In this document: positions 9,011-18,849 of the stretch, piece after piece
Layout of the letters: every line of letters begins with the position of its first letter
How positions within the stretch are numbered: position 1 is the stretch's first letter
Origin: a plasmid
NCBI RefSeq assembly: GCF_054482595.1
Contig: NZ_JBTHVH010000001.1
Reading direction: 5' to 3' (one strand)
Length of the DNA stretch: 64,000 bases
The notes under the pieces: generated by a model
What the model was told of the DNA's origin: nothing
Seen by the model: only the letters and a program-made list of their open reading frames with translations
Databases searched by the model: none
Translations under genes and position numbers: made by a program

Positions 9011-9915
9011 TCACTATTACCAAAGAGCGACTACTGACAATCAAGCAGTGGCGCGAAACATACGGACCTGGTAGCAACGTTGTACTGCCAGCAGAAGAAG
9101 CGGAAGAACTGGCACGAATTGCTCTGGCATCGCTGGAGCAGAATGTACTATCGGGCAACTCTCCGCTTATTCCTGGTGAAGTGTTGTCCGCAATCCGGGA
9201 GGTTGCCAGGATTCGTGCCGATTTCGATGATTTTGACGGTGACAGGCGAGGTATCGGTGATTGTCTGGATGAGGCCGAGCAAGAGCTTATCGTTACCATT
9301 AACAAATATGCCAGTCAGTTGGCAGCAGAACCGATAGCGACTAATGACGTTCGAGAGCAAACAGCCGTTCCGCCAATACAGGCTGATGTCGCGCAAGCAA
9401 TTGAAAATCTCAAGCAGAAGTTAGTGGAATGCAATCGCTATAACTACTGCGCAGATGCAGTGAAGAACGTAGAGGATGCCTGCCGTGCTGTTAGCTATAG
9501 CCAAGCCGACAATCAGCCAGCATCTGGCAACCAGGCTGCCGAATCCAATCGCGGTAATGAGTGGACTGGCAATCCTGATATTGATAACGCCATCATCATG
9601 CTCGACCGCATAGATACGCTGGAAAATTGCGATGATGACCGTATTGAGGCTGTTAAGGCTGTTTTGCGTAGACTGGCTGGCAACTCTCCGGTAACTCCGG
9701 ATGGTTGGATAAGCTGTAGTGAGCGAATGCCGGATACCAAAACAGCCGTTCTTGTTGCCAGGGAGTTTGACAGGAAAGGTGACTGGCGAATGAAATGGGC
9801 GACTTACATCCCGGGGCATCCTGACGCTAATGATGGGTGGGTAATACCTGGTGCGTCGTGGATTCCATCACACTGGATGCCGCTACCAGAACCGCCGCAG
9901 GAGGTGAATCAATGA
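9007..9915 (+). CDS. hypothetical protein with DUF551-like C-terminus
   Basis: 302 aa; C-terminal DGWISCSERMPD...HWMPLPEPP resembles DUF551. Confidence 0.55.
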   Translation: MITITKERLLTIKQWRETYGPGSNVVLPAEEAEELARIALASLEQNVLSGNSPLIPGEVLSAIREVARIRADFDDFDGDRRGIGDCLDEAEQELIVTINKYASQLAAEPIATNDVREQTAVPPIQADVAQAIENLKQKLVECNRYNYCADAVKNVEDACRAVSYSQADNQPASGNQAAESNRGNEWTGNPDIDNAIIMLDRIDTLENCDDDRIEAVKAVLRRLAGNSPVTPDGWISCSERMPDTKTAVLVAREFDRKGDWRMKWATYIPGHPDANDGWVIPGASWIPSHWMPLPEPPQEVNQ

Positions 9916-9979
9916 GCTGGCCTGAAGCATTCACCACGGTAGGAATTGTGATGGCGGCAGCACTGGGTTTGTATTCAAT

Positions 9980-10231
9980 TTGTCGCTGGTGGTAACGATG
10001 GGAAAAATAACTTTTGTAGTCGAATTTGAGGATGGCAAAGAGCCACCTGTTAGCGCCAATCTTGATGTTGCTGGTGGCAGGCTTGTTTCGGTTCTATTTG
10101 GTGACTACCGAGATGACTTCTTCCAACCAGAAGAAGTTGATGTAGTGCGAGAGGCATTAAACGAGTTAAGTGTTGATAACGATGATGCTCATGCGGAAAT
10201 CATCCAAAAAATGGAACTGCTAACTCACTAA
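9980..10231 (+). CDS. hypothetical small acidic protein
   Basis: ORF only; start uncertain. Confidence 0.35.
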   Translation: MSLVVTMGKITFVVEFEDGKEPPVSANLDVAGGRLVSVLFGDYRDDFFQPEEVDVVREALNELSVDNDDAHAEIIQKMELLTH

Positions 10232-10279
10232 ATTATCAATTATGGTGCTATCACCTACGACACCGAGAGAAAATTTATA

Positions 10280-10402
10280 ATGTCAAAAGTAAATGTTTTG
10301 ATTTTTTCAGCAATTGTTGGCTTTGGTTTTACTGCCGGAGTGCAGATTTATATTACGTGGGAAAAAATCATCAACTACGCATGGAGTTGTTTTATTAAGT
10401 GA
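10280..10402 (+). CDS. candidate small membrane peptide (40 aa)
   Basis: MSKVNVLIFSAIVGFGFTAGVQIYITWEKIINYAWSCFIK; hydrophobic; below ORF-track cutoff. Confidence 0.25.
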   Translation: MSKVNVLIFSAIVGFGFTAGVQIYITWEKIINYAWSCFIK

Positions 10403-10409
10403 GGTAAGT

Positions 10410-10703
10410 ATGTGGAGAGGTAATAGTCATGGCAAAAGCCAGATGATACTTACCGAATATCAGTTTGACCATAAAACCAATAAATCACGTTCAGTATATT
10501 TGCTTCGGCACAATAGCCGCGTAAGGAATACCGTGCTGGAGCAAAATCTGACTGTTGAAATAGATAGTTACGGGGGCTTCAAGCCAACAATTTCGCTTGA
10601 TGATTTTCCTCGTGGTTTAAGCGAAAGAGAAGCAATGCTGAAATTAGCAGAATGGCTACAAAGATTAAGCATTGCTATTGAAGATAACTGGTCTGAACCT
10701 TAA
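10410..10703 (+). CDS. hypothetical protein
   Basis: ATG with GAGGTAAG SD inside ORF-track ORF 10314..10703. Confidence 0.4.
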   Translation: MWRGNSHGKSQMILTEYQFDHKTNKSRSVYLLRHNSRVRNTVLEQNLTVEIDSYGGFKPTISLDDFPRGLSEREAMLKLAEWLQRLSIAIEDNWSEP

Positions 10704-10709
10704 ATTTAT

Positions 10710-11084
10710 ATGATGACACTAAAACATTTTCTTGACCGCCCATTATGGGCGGCAGCCGCAGGCTATGACTTTAATTATATGGATTGCATGTCTTATACCG
10801 CCAATGCATACGACTATTCCTTCAGTCTGCTGCTTAATTCTTTAAGAATATTGCCGCAAACAGAAGTTGGAGAGCTTCATTTATGGCTATTGGGCTTTAT
10901 CGCGGCTGTCGTTGGTATTGCTGTATGGCCTTTTATTTTCTGGCTGGTGGCTGTTGTAGTGTGGTTTAAGTGCAAGACATACCGGAAAAAGTATTTCTTA
11001 GGTGATGGAATGACTGATATTGCCAAAATGAACATTGAAGAATGGACTAAGGAATGTGAAAAGAAATGGCGCAAAAAGAAATGA
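10710..11084 (+). CDS. putative membrane protein (124 aa)
   Basis: hydrophobic segment LWLLGFIAAVVGIAVWPFIFWLVAVVVWF. Confidence 0.5.
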   Translation: MMTLKHFLDRPLWAAAAGYDFNYMDCMSYTANAYDYSFSLLLNSLRILPQTEVGELHLWLLGFIAAVVGIAVWPFIFWLVAVVVWFKCKTYRKKYFLGDGMTDIAKMNIEEWTKECEKKWRKKK

Positions 11085-11923
11085 CCAGAATAACTGAAGA
11101 GCGCATATCAGAGATTATTTCCCGTATCGAAATGTATGGTCACGGTGCTGGATATACGGCAGATGAAGGATTGGAAATAGCCCAGCAGATGCTGGCCTTG
11201 AGACAAAAAGAGCAACATGAAAGTAATACGTGTAGATTGAATTTTGAGCATTGGCTGGAACAGCAACGCGGAAAAATCGATGTGGACTGTGGTTGTGTGT
11301 CCACTGAAACATTCATGCACTGGCTGTGGGTAGCTTACGAGGCTGGCAACTATCCGGATATTCCGGATAGTTCGGTGCCAGCGCCAGGAAAGGGCGTCAC
11401 CGGTGAACGTATCCGCATTAAGCCGCATGTTTATCGCGAACTGGTTAACCGTCTCCACGATACAGCGATCAAGTGTGCTGGCACCCAGCAATTACGAGAA
11501 AGAATTAGCCGTGTTTTGGGCGACGTTATTACACCAGATCATCATAAACAAGCCGAGAAAAGTGACCTGGAAAGGTGTCACCTTGAGGCGGCATTAAACA
11601 TTAAGCCGGGGCATACGCTTGGCATTATTGATGCACTATTGGTTCATAAGATGGCCAGGGCTTTATTGCCGCTGGTGGCTGAAAAAGAGAACGCGAGCCT
11701 CAAAAAAATGCTGTCGCGGGCGGAAAGGGAATTATCAGGCAAATTATTGCCAGAAGAACTGCCACCAGCAGATATACCAGATCGAGTGTCCCAGTGGATG
11801 AAGTCTTTTGGTTTGCCGTGGGAGGCTTTTTGGTGCTACGACCATCGCAGATGGTGTGATGAACTTGATAGCAATTTTCCCTACTTTGCGGAAGGGAACA
11901 CCTGCCCTCAATGCAGGGGATAG
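11066..11923 (+). CDS. hypothetical protein (285 aa)
   Basis: ORF; C-terminal CPQCRG Cys motif. Confidence 0.55.
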   Translation: MAQKEMTRITEERISEIISRIEMYGHGAGYTADEGLEIAQQMLALRQKEQHESNTCRLNFEHWLEQQRGKIDVDCGCVSTETFMHWLWVAYEAGNYPDIPDSSVPAPGKGVTGERIRIKPHVYRELVNRLHDTAIKCAGTQQLRERISRVLGDVITPDHHKQAEKSDLERCHLEAALNIKPGHTLGIIDALLVHKMARALLPLVAEKENASLKKMLSRAERELSGKLLPEELPPADIPDRVSQWMKSFGLPWEAFWCYDHRRWCDELDSNFPYFAEGNTCPQCRG

Positions 11924-12258
11924 CATTTGACGAAATCGATCACCCTATCCTGAACTTCAGAAAGAAGGTCTTTTTCACGCGCCAGGACGTCAGGATATTG
12001 ACGTTCTGGCCTTACCAGATGCCGGAGCTTCCCATTAAGCAGAATGGCCTCAGAAAACACTTTTACGCTGTGCTTTATCCCCTCTGTTTCACTTTTCAGC
12101 GTCAAAATAAAGCGCAATTGCTTATTAGCCTGATTCGGATTCAATACACGAATTTGCAGTTCGTCTATGCTGTTTCGCAATGGGATTGATGCCACCACAC
12201 TGGTGCAGTCTCTGATTGTCTGAATTGAACGGCTAACATTGAGAACGTTATTGTGCAT
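11908..12258 (-). CDS. hypothetical ORF (116 aa), uncertain
   Basis: Only minus-strand ORF in an otherwise plus-strand block; weak SD. Confidence 0.25.
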   Translation of the reverse strand: MHNNVLNVSRSIQTIRDCTSVVASIPLRNSIDELQIRVLNPNQANKQLRFILTLKSETEGIKHSVKVFSEAILLNGKLRHLVRPERQYPDVLAREKDLLSEVQDRVIDFVKCYPLH

Positions 12259-12290
12259 GTGCCTGATCCACTAACTCCTGGAGGTTTCTT

Positions 12291-12542
12291 GTGTCAGATC
12301 GAAATATAGCAGCTAAAAGCCAGGAAGAGCGAGACAAGGTGAACGTAGACCTTGCCGCCAGCGGCGTTGCTTACAAAGAACGGCTGAATATACCTGTGAT
12401 TGCAGAGCAGGTGGCCCGTGAGCAACCGGAAAACCTGCGCGCCTATTTCATGGAACGGCTACGGCACTACCGGCAGTTAAGCCTCCAGTTGCCAAAAGGG
12501 AGCGATCCGGTGTATCAGAACGAGGATGCACCAAAAAAATAA
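12291..12542 (+). CDS. hot: DNA polymerase III theta-subunit homolog
   Basis: [36 protein letters not shown] aligns with E. coli HolE; GTG start with GGAGG SD. Confidence 0.85.
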   Translation: MSDRNIAAKSQEERDKVNVDLAASGVAYKERLNIPVIAEQVAREQPENLRAYFMERLRHYRQLSLQLPKGSDPVYQNEDAPKK

Positions 12543-12629
12543 CGGCAAGATGGGGGAGAAATGTGATTAGCCCCCAGCGTGGCGCGCCTACAAACCCCGC
12601 TTTCACAAACTATGCCTTTTCAATGTATA

Positions 12630-12645
12630 CTGTATGAATAAACAG
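12630..12645 (+). promoter_or_regulatory. LexA (SOS) box upstream of humD
   Basis: CTGTATGAATAAACAG matches CTGT-N8-ACAG. Confidence 0.6.
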
Positions 12646-12665
12646 TATCATTGAGGTAAAACGCT

Positions 12666-13055
12666 ATGGGCTTCCCTTCTCCTGCGGCGGATTATGTTGA
12701 AAGCCGAATTTCTCTTGATCAGCAGATAATTAGACATCCTTCAGCGACCTACTTCATGCGGGCAGCTGATAGCCATCACCGTGAGGGAATATTGCAGGGT
12801 GCTTTGCTGGTGGTTGATTCCTCGCTTACTCCGGTTGATGGTTCTCTGCTTGTGTGCGCTATGGAGGGTGAATATCGCATAAAGAGATACAGGAAGTATC
12901 CGCGCCAGCACCTGGAGGACTTAAGCACCGGGAAGAAAGAGGCGTTACCAGTAGATGACGATGGATACACGGGCAGTAATGCTGTTTTTGGTGTGATCAC
13001 TCATGTCATCAATGATGCCCGAAGTGGGGAATTTGATGATTGTCCGGTTATTTAA
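12666..13055 (+). CDS. humD: UmuD'-like S24 peptidase-family SOS mutagenesis protein
   Basis: GFPSPAADYVE...HPSATYF... aligns with UmuD; 129 aa as P1 HumD. Confidence 0.85.
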   Translation: MGFPSPAADYVESRISLDQQIIRHPSATYFMRAADSHHREGILQGALLVVDSSLTPVDGSLLVCAMEGEYRIKRYRKYPRQHLEDLSTGKKEALPVDDDGYTGSNAVFGVITHVINDARSGEFDDCPVI

Positions 13056-13084
13056 GCTGCAAAGTGCTGGTGCTTTATGCCTGT

Positions 13085-13122
13085 GAAGTTTATAATTGTG
13101 TACACATAACGAGTACACGAGG
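13085..13122 (+). promoter_or_regulatory. phd-doc promoter/operator region
   Basis: TATAAT followed by palindromes TGTGTACACA and GAGTACACGAG. Confidence 0.5.
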
Positions 13123-13127
13123 TGTTT

Positions 13128-13349
13128 ATGCAATCCATTAACTTCCGTACCGCGCGTGGCAACCTTTCTGAAGTGCTCAACAATGTTGAAGCCGGGGAAG
13201 AGGTTGAAATCACCCGCAGAGGCCGTGAGCCAGCAGTAATTGTCAGCAAGGCTACTTTCGAAGCCTACAAAAAAGCGGCGCTGGATGCTGAATTTGCATC
13301 CCTGTTTGACACCCTGGACTCCACCAACAAGGAACTGGTTAACCGATAA
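13128..13349 (+). CDS. phd: Phd antitoxin
   Basis: 73-aa [17 protein letters not shown]... matches recalled P1 Phd; 1-nt overlap with doc. Confidence 0.9.
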   Translation: MQSINFRTARGNLSEVLNNVEAGEEVEITRRGREPAVIVSKATFEAYKKAALDAEFASLFDTLDSTNKELVNR

Positions 13350-13729
13350 TGAGGCATATATCACCGGAAGAACTTATTGCGCTTCATGATGCGAATATAA
13401 ACCGCTACGGCGGCCTGCCGGGAATGTCAGATCCGGGTAGGGCAGAGGCCATTATCGGGAGAGTTCAGGCCAGAGTTGCCTACGAAGAGATCACCGACCT
13501 TTTCGAAGTCTCCGCCACCTACCTGGTGGCTACAGCGAGAGGGCATATATTCAATGATGCCAATAAGCGTACCGCGCTAAACAGCGCGCTGCTATTTCTA
13601 CGCCGTAACGGGGTGCAGGTATTTGATTCACCTGAACTGGCAGACCTTACTGTAGGCGCTGCGACTGGCGAGATATCTGTATCTTCTGTCGCCGACACGT
13701 TACGTAGATTGTATGGTTCTGCGGAGTAG
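13349..13729 (+). CDS. doc: Doc toxin (Fic-fold kinase)
   Basis: 126 aa; Fic-like motif [11 protein letters not shown]. Confidence 0.9.
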   Translation: MRHISPEELIALHDANINRYGGLPGMSDPGRAEAIIGRVQARVAYEEITDLFEVSATYLVATARGHIFNDANKRTALNSALLFLRRNGVQVFDSPELADLTVGAATGEISVSSVADTLRRLYGSAE

Positions 13730-13733
13730 ATTA

Positions 13734-13913
13734 ATGGCACGCAAATACAACAAATTGTCCCGTGAAGCGTTAAAGATGCTTCTTGATGGCGTGAGTCGCC
13801 GCAAGGTAAAGCAATACCTGGTTGGTAAGCAAATTGGAGTCAGGACCGCTATTGCTGTGTTATGCCGTCAGGAAATGGTTGTGCTTAAACAGAGAATGCC
13901 GGGCAGCAGATAA
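13734..13913 (+). CDS. hypothetical small protein downstream of doc
   Basis: ATG inside ORF-track ORF 13713..13913. Confidence 0.4.
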   Translation: MARKYNKLSREALKMLLDGVSRRKVKQYLVGKQIGVRTAIAVLCRQEMVVLKQRMPGSR

Positions 13914-13940
13914 AGCCCAATCAGTGATTAAAGGTGTGAT

Positions 13941-14984
13941 GTGAAAGCCGTAATTACTCCCTTTGTACAGAAAGAGCTTGGCCTCGCCACGTTCAAAGTG
14001 GATCAGGAGGTCAGAAAGCTGGTGGAGGCTGGCCGTAAATTTATTATGGAGCCGGTGCCGCGTGAGTTAATCGAGCACATGGAAGACGGCCTCGTTGTTA
14101 CCGAGCAAACCATGGCAACAAATGAGGCGTTGCAGCCGTTTTTTAACAGCGATGAACTGTTTCGCCGTATTGGTGGAATTGACGCGCTGGTGGCGTGGTT
14201 GCGTAGGAAAGAGAGTCAATGCCAGGCCGCAGATCGTAGTTGGTGTGACAACCATATTGTCCACGCTGAACGAGACAATAGCGCGGTGTTGTTGTGCTGG
14301 CATCACGATAACCATTACCGGATGCGTGGTTTTAATGAGCTGAAAGAAACGCTGCACAATAATCGCGTTAACTGGATACTGGATGTCGCCCGTCAGGAAA
14401 TGGGCCTTTCAAATAGCCATGATTTAAGTATTCAGGAGTTGTGCTGGTGGGCTTTCATGCGCAACATGATGCACCTGATGCCGGAAGAAGTCTGCCGCAT
14501 ATCAATAAATAAGATGAAGGCTACTCCGCAGGATAGCGGACCTCTGAAAGAGGCGGATATTCGCCCGTATGACGATCGCGCTACAGCATATGTTCAGATG
14601 ATGGAAGAACGCGCCGCGCCGATGCGTGCAAAAGTATGCCCTGTGGATGTTGACTCCGACCCTGGCATGGCGCATTTCAAAATACCAAAACTGCAATCGC
14701 TAAAATTACCTGAGTACATGGACTTTGTTGCTTCCCGTCCATGCTGTGGGTGTGGAGCGGCGGGAGCTGGCGCTCACATTACGCCTTATATCGTTCGTCA
14801 TAGTCGATTATGCGCGCATGACATTTACGCAATTCCTCTGTGCCAGTCATGCCAGCGTGATATTGAGCGTGACCGCGATAATTGGGAGAAGACGCACGGT
14901 AGGCTGGCGATGCATCAACGATTGTTCTTTGATTACGCGCTTGGAGTCGGCGCTATCACAAGTTACTCGTCGAGTGTTAGATAA
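13941..14984 (+). CDS. hypothetical Cys-rich protein (347 aa)
   Basis: ORF; C-terminal cluster CCGCG...CAHD...CQSCQ. Confidence 0.6.
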   Translation: MKAVITPFVQKELGLATFKVDQEVRKLVEAGRKFIMEPVPRELIEHMEDGLVVTEQTMATNEALQPFFNSDELFRRIGGIDALVAWLRRKESQCQAADRSWCDNHIVHAERDNSAVLLCWHHDNHYRMRGFNELKETLHNNRVNWILDVARQEMGLSNSHDLSIQELCWWAFMRNMMHLMPEEVCRISINKMKATPQDSGPLKEADIRPYDDRATAYVQMMEERAAPMRAKVCPVDVDSDPGMAHFKIPKLQSLKLPEYMDFVASRPCCGCGAAGAGAHITPYIVRHSRLCAHDIYAIPLCQSCQRDIERDRDNWEKTHGRLAMHQRLFFDYALGVGAITSYSSSVR

Positions 14985-14985
14985 A

Positions 14986-15002
14986 ATTACTCTAATATAT
15001 TG
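14986..15002 (+). promoter_or_regulatory. C1 operator-like site upstream of lpa
   Basis: ATTACTCTAATATATTG, 14/17 to consensus. Confidence 0.5.
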
Positions 15003-15072
15003 CTATTTCTTTAATCGATGGTATTATATTCCACGTTGATTAGTTGACATGAGCTAATCAGTAGGTGACAGG

Positions 15073-15525
15073 ATGTTACTTAACTGGCAGGGACGCCACT
15101 TCATGGAAATAAATCACTCACGAATAACATCGTACGAGATTGCGGATTACATGATCCGCACTAAATCTCTTCTATCAGCGAAAGAACTCGCAGCAATTCT
15201 TGAAAAGGAATACCCGCATCTGGATGTCGATAAGCGCGATGTTTATCTGCGCTTAAAGGCTATCGCTGTGTCTAAGTATTCGTCTGTTTTGATTGATGAC
15301 AGTACACGCCCACGTAGATTTCAGATCCACTCTCTGAATCCTGAATTCTTTCGCCGTAGCCGCGCTCCGCGCCGGTTTGATGAAAAACTCCAGAACGAAC
15401 TCTATATGACGCAGGACGAAAAGGAACGCCGGGAGCACCAGCCTTGGGTAATGGCGCGTCAACTTTTCAATAAGGTGGCCCGTCAGCACCGTCATTACGG
15501 TAATGCCACATCCGCACGTATCTGA
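15073..15525 (+). CDS. lpa: late promoter activator-like protein
   Basis: 150-aa ORF immediately upstream of pacA, downstream of a C1 operator; assignment by synteny. Confidence 0.6.
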   Translation: MLLNWQGRHFMEINHSRITSYEIADYMIRTKSLLSAKELAAILEKEYPHLDVDKRDVYLRLKAIAVSKYSSVLIDDSTRPRRFQIHSLNPEFFRRSRAPRRFDEKLQNELYMTQDEKERREHQPWVMARQLFNKVARQHRHYGNATSARI

Positions 15526-15610
15526 TTGATTGCTTGCCCGTTCCGGGCCTTTTGACATGTGACTTTCGTTACCCTCGCGTCAAAAAGAGTTTTTACGAAA
15601 GGAAGCATAA

Positions 15611-16804
15611 GTGACCTGGGACGATCACAAGAAGAATTTTGCTCGCCTGGCGCGAGATGGTGGTTACACCATCGCACAGTATGCCGCCGAGTTTAATCTT
15701 AACCCTAATACTGCACGTCGTTATCTCCGTGCCTTCAAAGAAGACACCAGGACAGCGGACAGCCGCAAGCCAAATAAGCCAGTCAGGAAGCCACTAAAAA
15801 GCATGATCATTGATCACTCTAATGATCAACATGCAGGTGATCACATTGCGGCTGAAATAGCGGAAAAACAAAGGGTTAATGCCGTTGTCAGTGCCGCAGT
15901 CGAGAATGCGAAGCGCCAAAATAAGCGCATAAATGATCGTTCTGATGATCATGACGTGATCACCCGCGCCCACCGGACCTTACGTGATCGCCTGGAACGC
16001 GACACCCTGGATGATGATGGTGAACGCTTTGAATTCGAAGCTGGCGATTACCTGATAGATAACGTTGAAGCGCGGAAGGCCGCTCGCGCTATGTTGCGTC
16101 GGTCCGGGGCCGATGTTCTGGAAACCACTCTTCTGGAAAAGTCTCTTTCTCATCTCCTTATGCTGGAGAACGCCAGGGATACGTGTATTCGTCTGGTGCA
16201 GGAAATGCGCGATCAGCAAAAAGACGATGATGAAGGGACTCCGCCTGAATATCGTATCGCGAGCATGCTAAACAGCTGTTCCGCGCAGATAAGCAGCCTG
16301 ATCAACACCATTTACAGCATCCGGAATAACTATCGAAAAGAAAGCCGGGAGGCGGAAAAGCACGCTTTATCTATGGGGCAAGCTGGCATTGTTAAGCTGG
16401 CATACGAACGAAAGCGTGAAAATAACTGGTCAGTGCTGGAAGCAGCTGAATTCATCGAGGCGCATGGCGGAAAAGTGCCGCCCCTGATGCTGGAGCAAAT
16501 CAAAGCCGATCTGCGTGCTCCTAAGACCAATACCGATGATGAGGAAAGGCAAACAGCCGTCGGTGGCCCTTCTCTTGAAGATCTGGACAAAGTTGCGCGA
16601 GAACGGGCCGCCAACCGCCGCGCCGATGCCGCATTGTGGATTGAGCAGCGTAGGGAAGAAATCGCCGATATCGTTGATACAGGCGGTTATGGAGATGTTG
16701 ATACTGAAGGTGCATCAAACGACCCATGGCTGGAACAAGACCTGGACGAAGACGAGGAGGAAGACGAAGAAGTTACCCGCAAGCTATACGGGGATGATGA
16801 TTAA
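15611..16804 (+). CDS. pacA: terminase small subunit / pac recognition protein
   Basis: 397 aa; contains the hexanucleotide pac site; GTG start with AAGGAAG SD. Confidence 0.9.
   Translation: MTWDDHKKNFARLARDGGYTIAQYAAEFNLNPNTARRYLRAFKEDTRTADSRKPNKPVRKPLKSMIIDHSNDQHAGDHIAAEIAEKQRVNAVVSAAVENAKRQNKRINDRSDDHDVITRAHRTLRDRLERDTLDDDGERFEFEAGDYLIDNVEARKAARAMLRRSGADVLETTLLEKSLSHLLMLENARDTCIRLVQEMRDQQKDDDEGTPPEYRIASMLNSCSAQISSLINTIYSIRNNYRKESREAEKHALSMGQAGIVKLAYERKRENNWSVLEAAEFIEAHGGKVPPLMLEQIKADLRAPKTNTDDEERQTAVGGPSLEDLDKVARERAANRRADAALWIEQRREEIADIVDTGGYGDVDTEGASNDPWLEQDLDEDEEEDEEVTRKLYGDDD
15804..15962 (+). other. P1-type pac site (packaging cleavage region)
   Basis: Four TGATCA elements (15804, 15811, 15823, 15838) and three TGATCA/G elements (15934, 15946, 15957) flank a ~90-bp core. 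Confidence 0.8.
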
Positions 16805-18288
16805 TGGCCAGAAGTTGCGTAACGGATCCACGTTGGCGCGAGCTGGTGGCGCTATATCGTTATGACTGGATTGCTGCCGCTGATGTTTTGTTCGGCAAAA
16901 CACCTACCTGGCAGCAGGATCTGATTATTGAGTCTGTGCAGGAACAGGGTAGCAAGACATCTGTTTCGTCTGGTCACGGTACCGGGAAATCAGACATGAC
17001 TTCTATCATGATCATGTTGTTCATAATCATGTATCCCGGTGCCCGCGCCATTATCGTTGCGAACAAAATTCAGCAGGTAATGACCGGTATATTCAAGTAC
17101 ATCAAGATAAACTGGGCTACTGCCACCAGCCGTTTTCCATGGCTTGCTGATTATTTTGTTCTGACAGAAACCGCTTTCTATGAGGTTACTGGTAAAGGTG
17201 TATGGACTGTAGTACCGAAGGGCTTTCGTCTGGGAAGTGAAGAAGCTCTCGCCGGTGAACACGCAGATCATCTTCTGTATATTATCGATGAAGCCTCCGG
17301 TGTCAGTGATAGAGCTTTCGGTATCATCACCGGTGCTCTTACCGGACAGGATAACCGCATCTTATTACTGTCACAGCCTACACGCCCAAGCGGCTATTTC
17401 TACGATACTCATCATAAACTGGCCAAGCGTCCTGGTAACCCTGATGGCGTTTATACGGCGATCACGCTTAACAGTGAGGAATCACCGCTGGTAACGCCAG
17501 CATTTATCAAAATGAAGCTGGCGGAGTACGGCGGGCGCGATAACCCTATGTACATGATTAAGGTACGCGGCCTATTCCCTAAATCACAGGATGGCTTCCT
17601 TCTTGGACGTGATGAGGTTGAACGTGCAACGCGGCGGAAAGTCAAGATTGCCAAAGGATGGGGCTGGCTTGCATGTGTGGACGTTGCTGGTGGTACGGGA
17701 AGGGATAAGTCCGTTATCAATATCATGATGGTGTCCGGCCAGAGAAATAAACGCCGTGTAATCAACTATCGAATGCTGGAATACACAGACGTTACAGAAA
17801 CGCAGCTTGCCGCCAAAATTTTCGCAGAATGTAATCCTGAGCGATTCCCAAATATCACCATAGCGATAGACGGCGATGGGCTGGGTAAAGCAACAGCGGA
17901 TCTGATGTACGAGTATTATGGTATTACCGTACAGCGTATACGCTGGGGTAAAAAGATGCATAGCCGTGAAGATAAGAGCCTGTACTTTGATAAACGTGCT
18001 TATGCCAACGTTCAAGCCGCAGAGGCCGTAAAATCTGGTCGTATGAGACTGGATAAGGGTAATGAAACTATTGAGGAAGCGTCGAAAATCCCTGTAGGGA
18101 TTAACTCCGCAGGTCAATGGAAGGTGATGAGTAAGGAGGATATGAAGAAAAAACTCAACCTGCACTCACCAGACCATTGGGATACATATTGTTTCGCTAT
18201 GCTGGCGGATTATGTTCCCCAGGACGAAGTGCTTAGCGTCGAAGACGAAGCGCAGGTTGATGAAGCTCTGGCATGGCTTAATGAATGA
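16804..18288 (+). CDS. pacB: terminase large subunit
   Basis: 494 aa; ATG overlaps pacA stop. Confidence 0.9.
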   Translation: MARSCVTDPRWRELVALYRYDWIAAADVLFGKTPTWQQDLIIESVQEQGSKTSVSSGHGTGKSDMTSIMIMLFIIMYPGARAIIVANKIQQVMTGIFKYIKINWATATSRFPWLADYFVLTETAFYEVTGKGVWTVVPKGFRLGSEEALAGEHADHLLYIIDEASGVSDRAFGIITGALTGQDNRILLLSQPTRPSGYFYDTHHKLAKRPGNPDGVYTAITLNSEESPLVTPAFIKMKLAEYGGRDNPMYMIKVRGLFPKSQDGFLLGRDEVERATRRKVKIAKGWGWLACVDVAGGTGRDKSVINIMMVSGQRNKRRVINYRMLEYTDVTETQLAAKIFAECNPERFPNITIAIDGDGLGKATADLMYEYYGITVQRIRWGKKMHSREDKSLYFDKRAYANVQAAEAVKSGRMRLDKGNETIEEASKIPVGINSAGQWKVMSKEDMKKKLNLHSPDHWDTYCFAMLADYVPQDEVLSVEDEAQVDEALAWLNE

Positions 18289-18291
18289 ACA

Positions 18292-18308
18292 TTTGCTCTA
18301 ATAAATTG
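18292..18308 (+). promoter_or_regulatory. C1 operator-like site upstream of icd/ant module
   Basis: TTTGCTCTAATAAATTG, 15/17 to consensus. Confidence 0.6.
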
Positions 18309-18438
18309 TGTTTTTTAACTACCGATGTTACATTGAACCTGACCTCTTGCGCCTTGAGGCATTTTCGGTTTATGCTTATCAGGCACCTCAGTAAAACGGG
18401 TGCCGGGATTGGCCTCCCGCTTAAGTCTAAGGCGATAC

Positions 18439-18462
18439 AGACGCCGCTCGCGTCTTTTTTTT
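18439..18462 (+). terminator. terminator-like hairpin inside the ant leader
   Basis: agacgc cgctc gcgtct followed by T7 run. Confidence 0.45.
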
Positions 18463-18479
18463 GTATCGGCGTACACGCA

Positions 18480-18600
18480 CACCTCTACAATGGTGGGCTG
18501 TATGGGGCTACCTTCGGGTAGGCTGGTTACCTTGGACGCCAGTAAGGCCAACTCCGTACAGTCCACCGCCAGCAAGATTGGTCTCTTCTGCGGTGGTTAC
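18480..18600 (+). ncRNA. candidate c4-like antisense RNA region (boundaries not resolved)
   Basis: UUCG-loop hairpin ggctaccttcgggtaggc; CCTTGGACG (18530..18538) near-complementary to GTCTAAGG at the icd SD. Confidence 0.25.
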
Positions 18601-18627
18601 ATACCAACGTCTAAGGAGGCTGCCAAT

Positions 18628-18849
18628 ATGGCTACTATCCCTACCCCAACTCATCCTGAATTTATCTGGCGCTTTTACTCCTGCCAAAAACGTCACTATC
18701 ACTTCGTTATTGCACCGACAGAAGATGAGGCACGTTCTCAGCTTCCTGACGCCCCATGTATTTTCTCTGCCCGTTTTTCCACTGATTCACGCAATTCTCT
18801 CAGTTACTGGTGCCTCCCTGTTAACGCTTCTGCTCAGGAGGGACTATGA
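18628..18849 (+). CDS. icd: Icd-like small protein (73 aa)
   Basis: ORF whose stop overlaps ant start (ATGA); AGGAGG SD. Confidence 0.55.
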   Translation: MATIPTPTHPEFIWRFYSCQKRHYHFVIAPTEDEARSQLPDAPCIFSARFSTDSRNSLSYWCLPVNASAQEGL

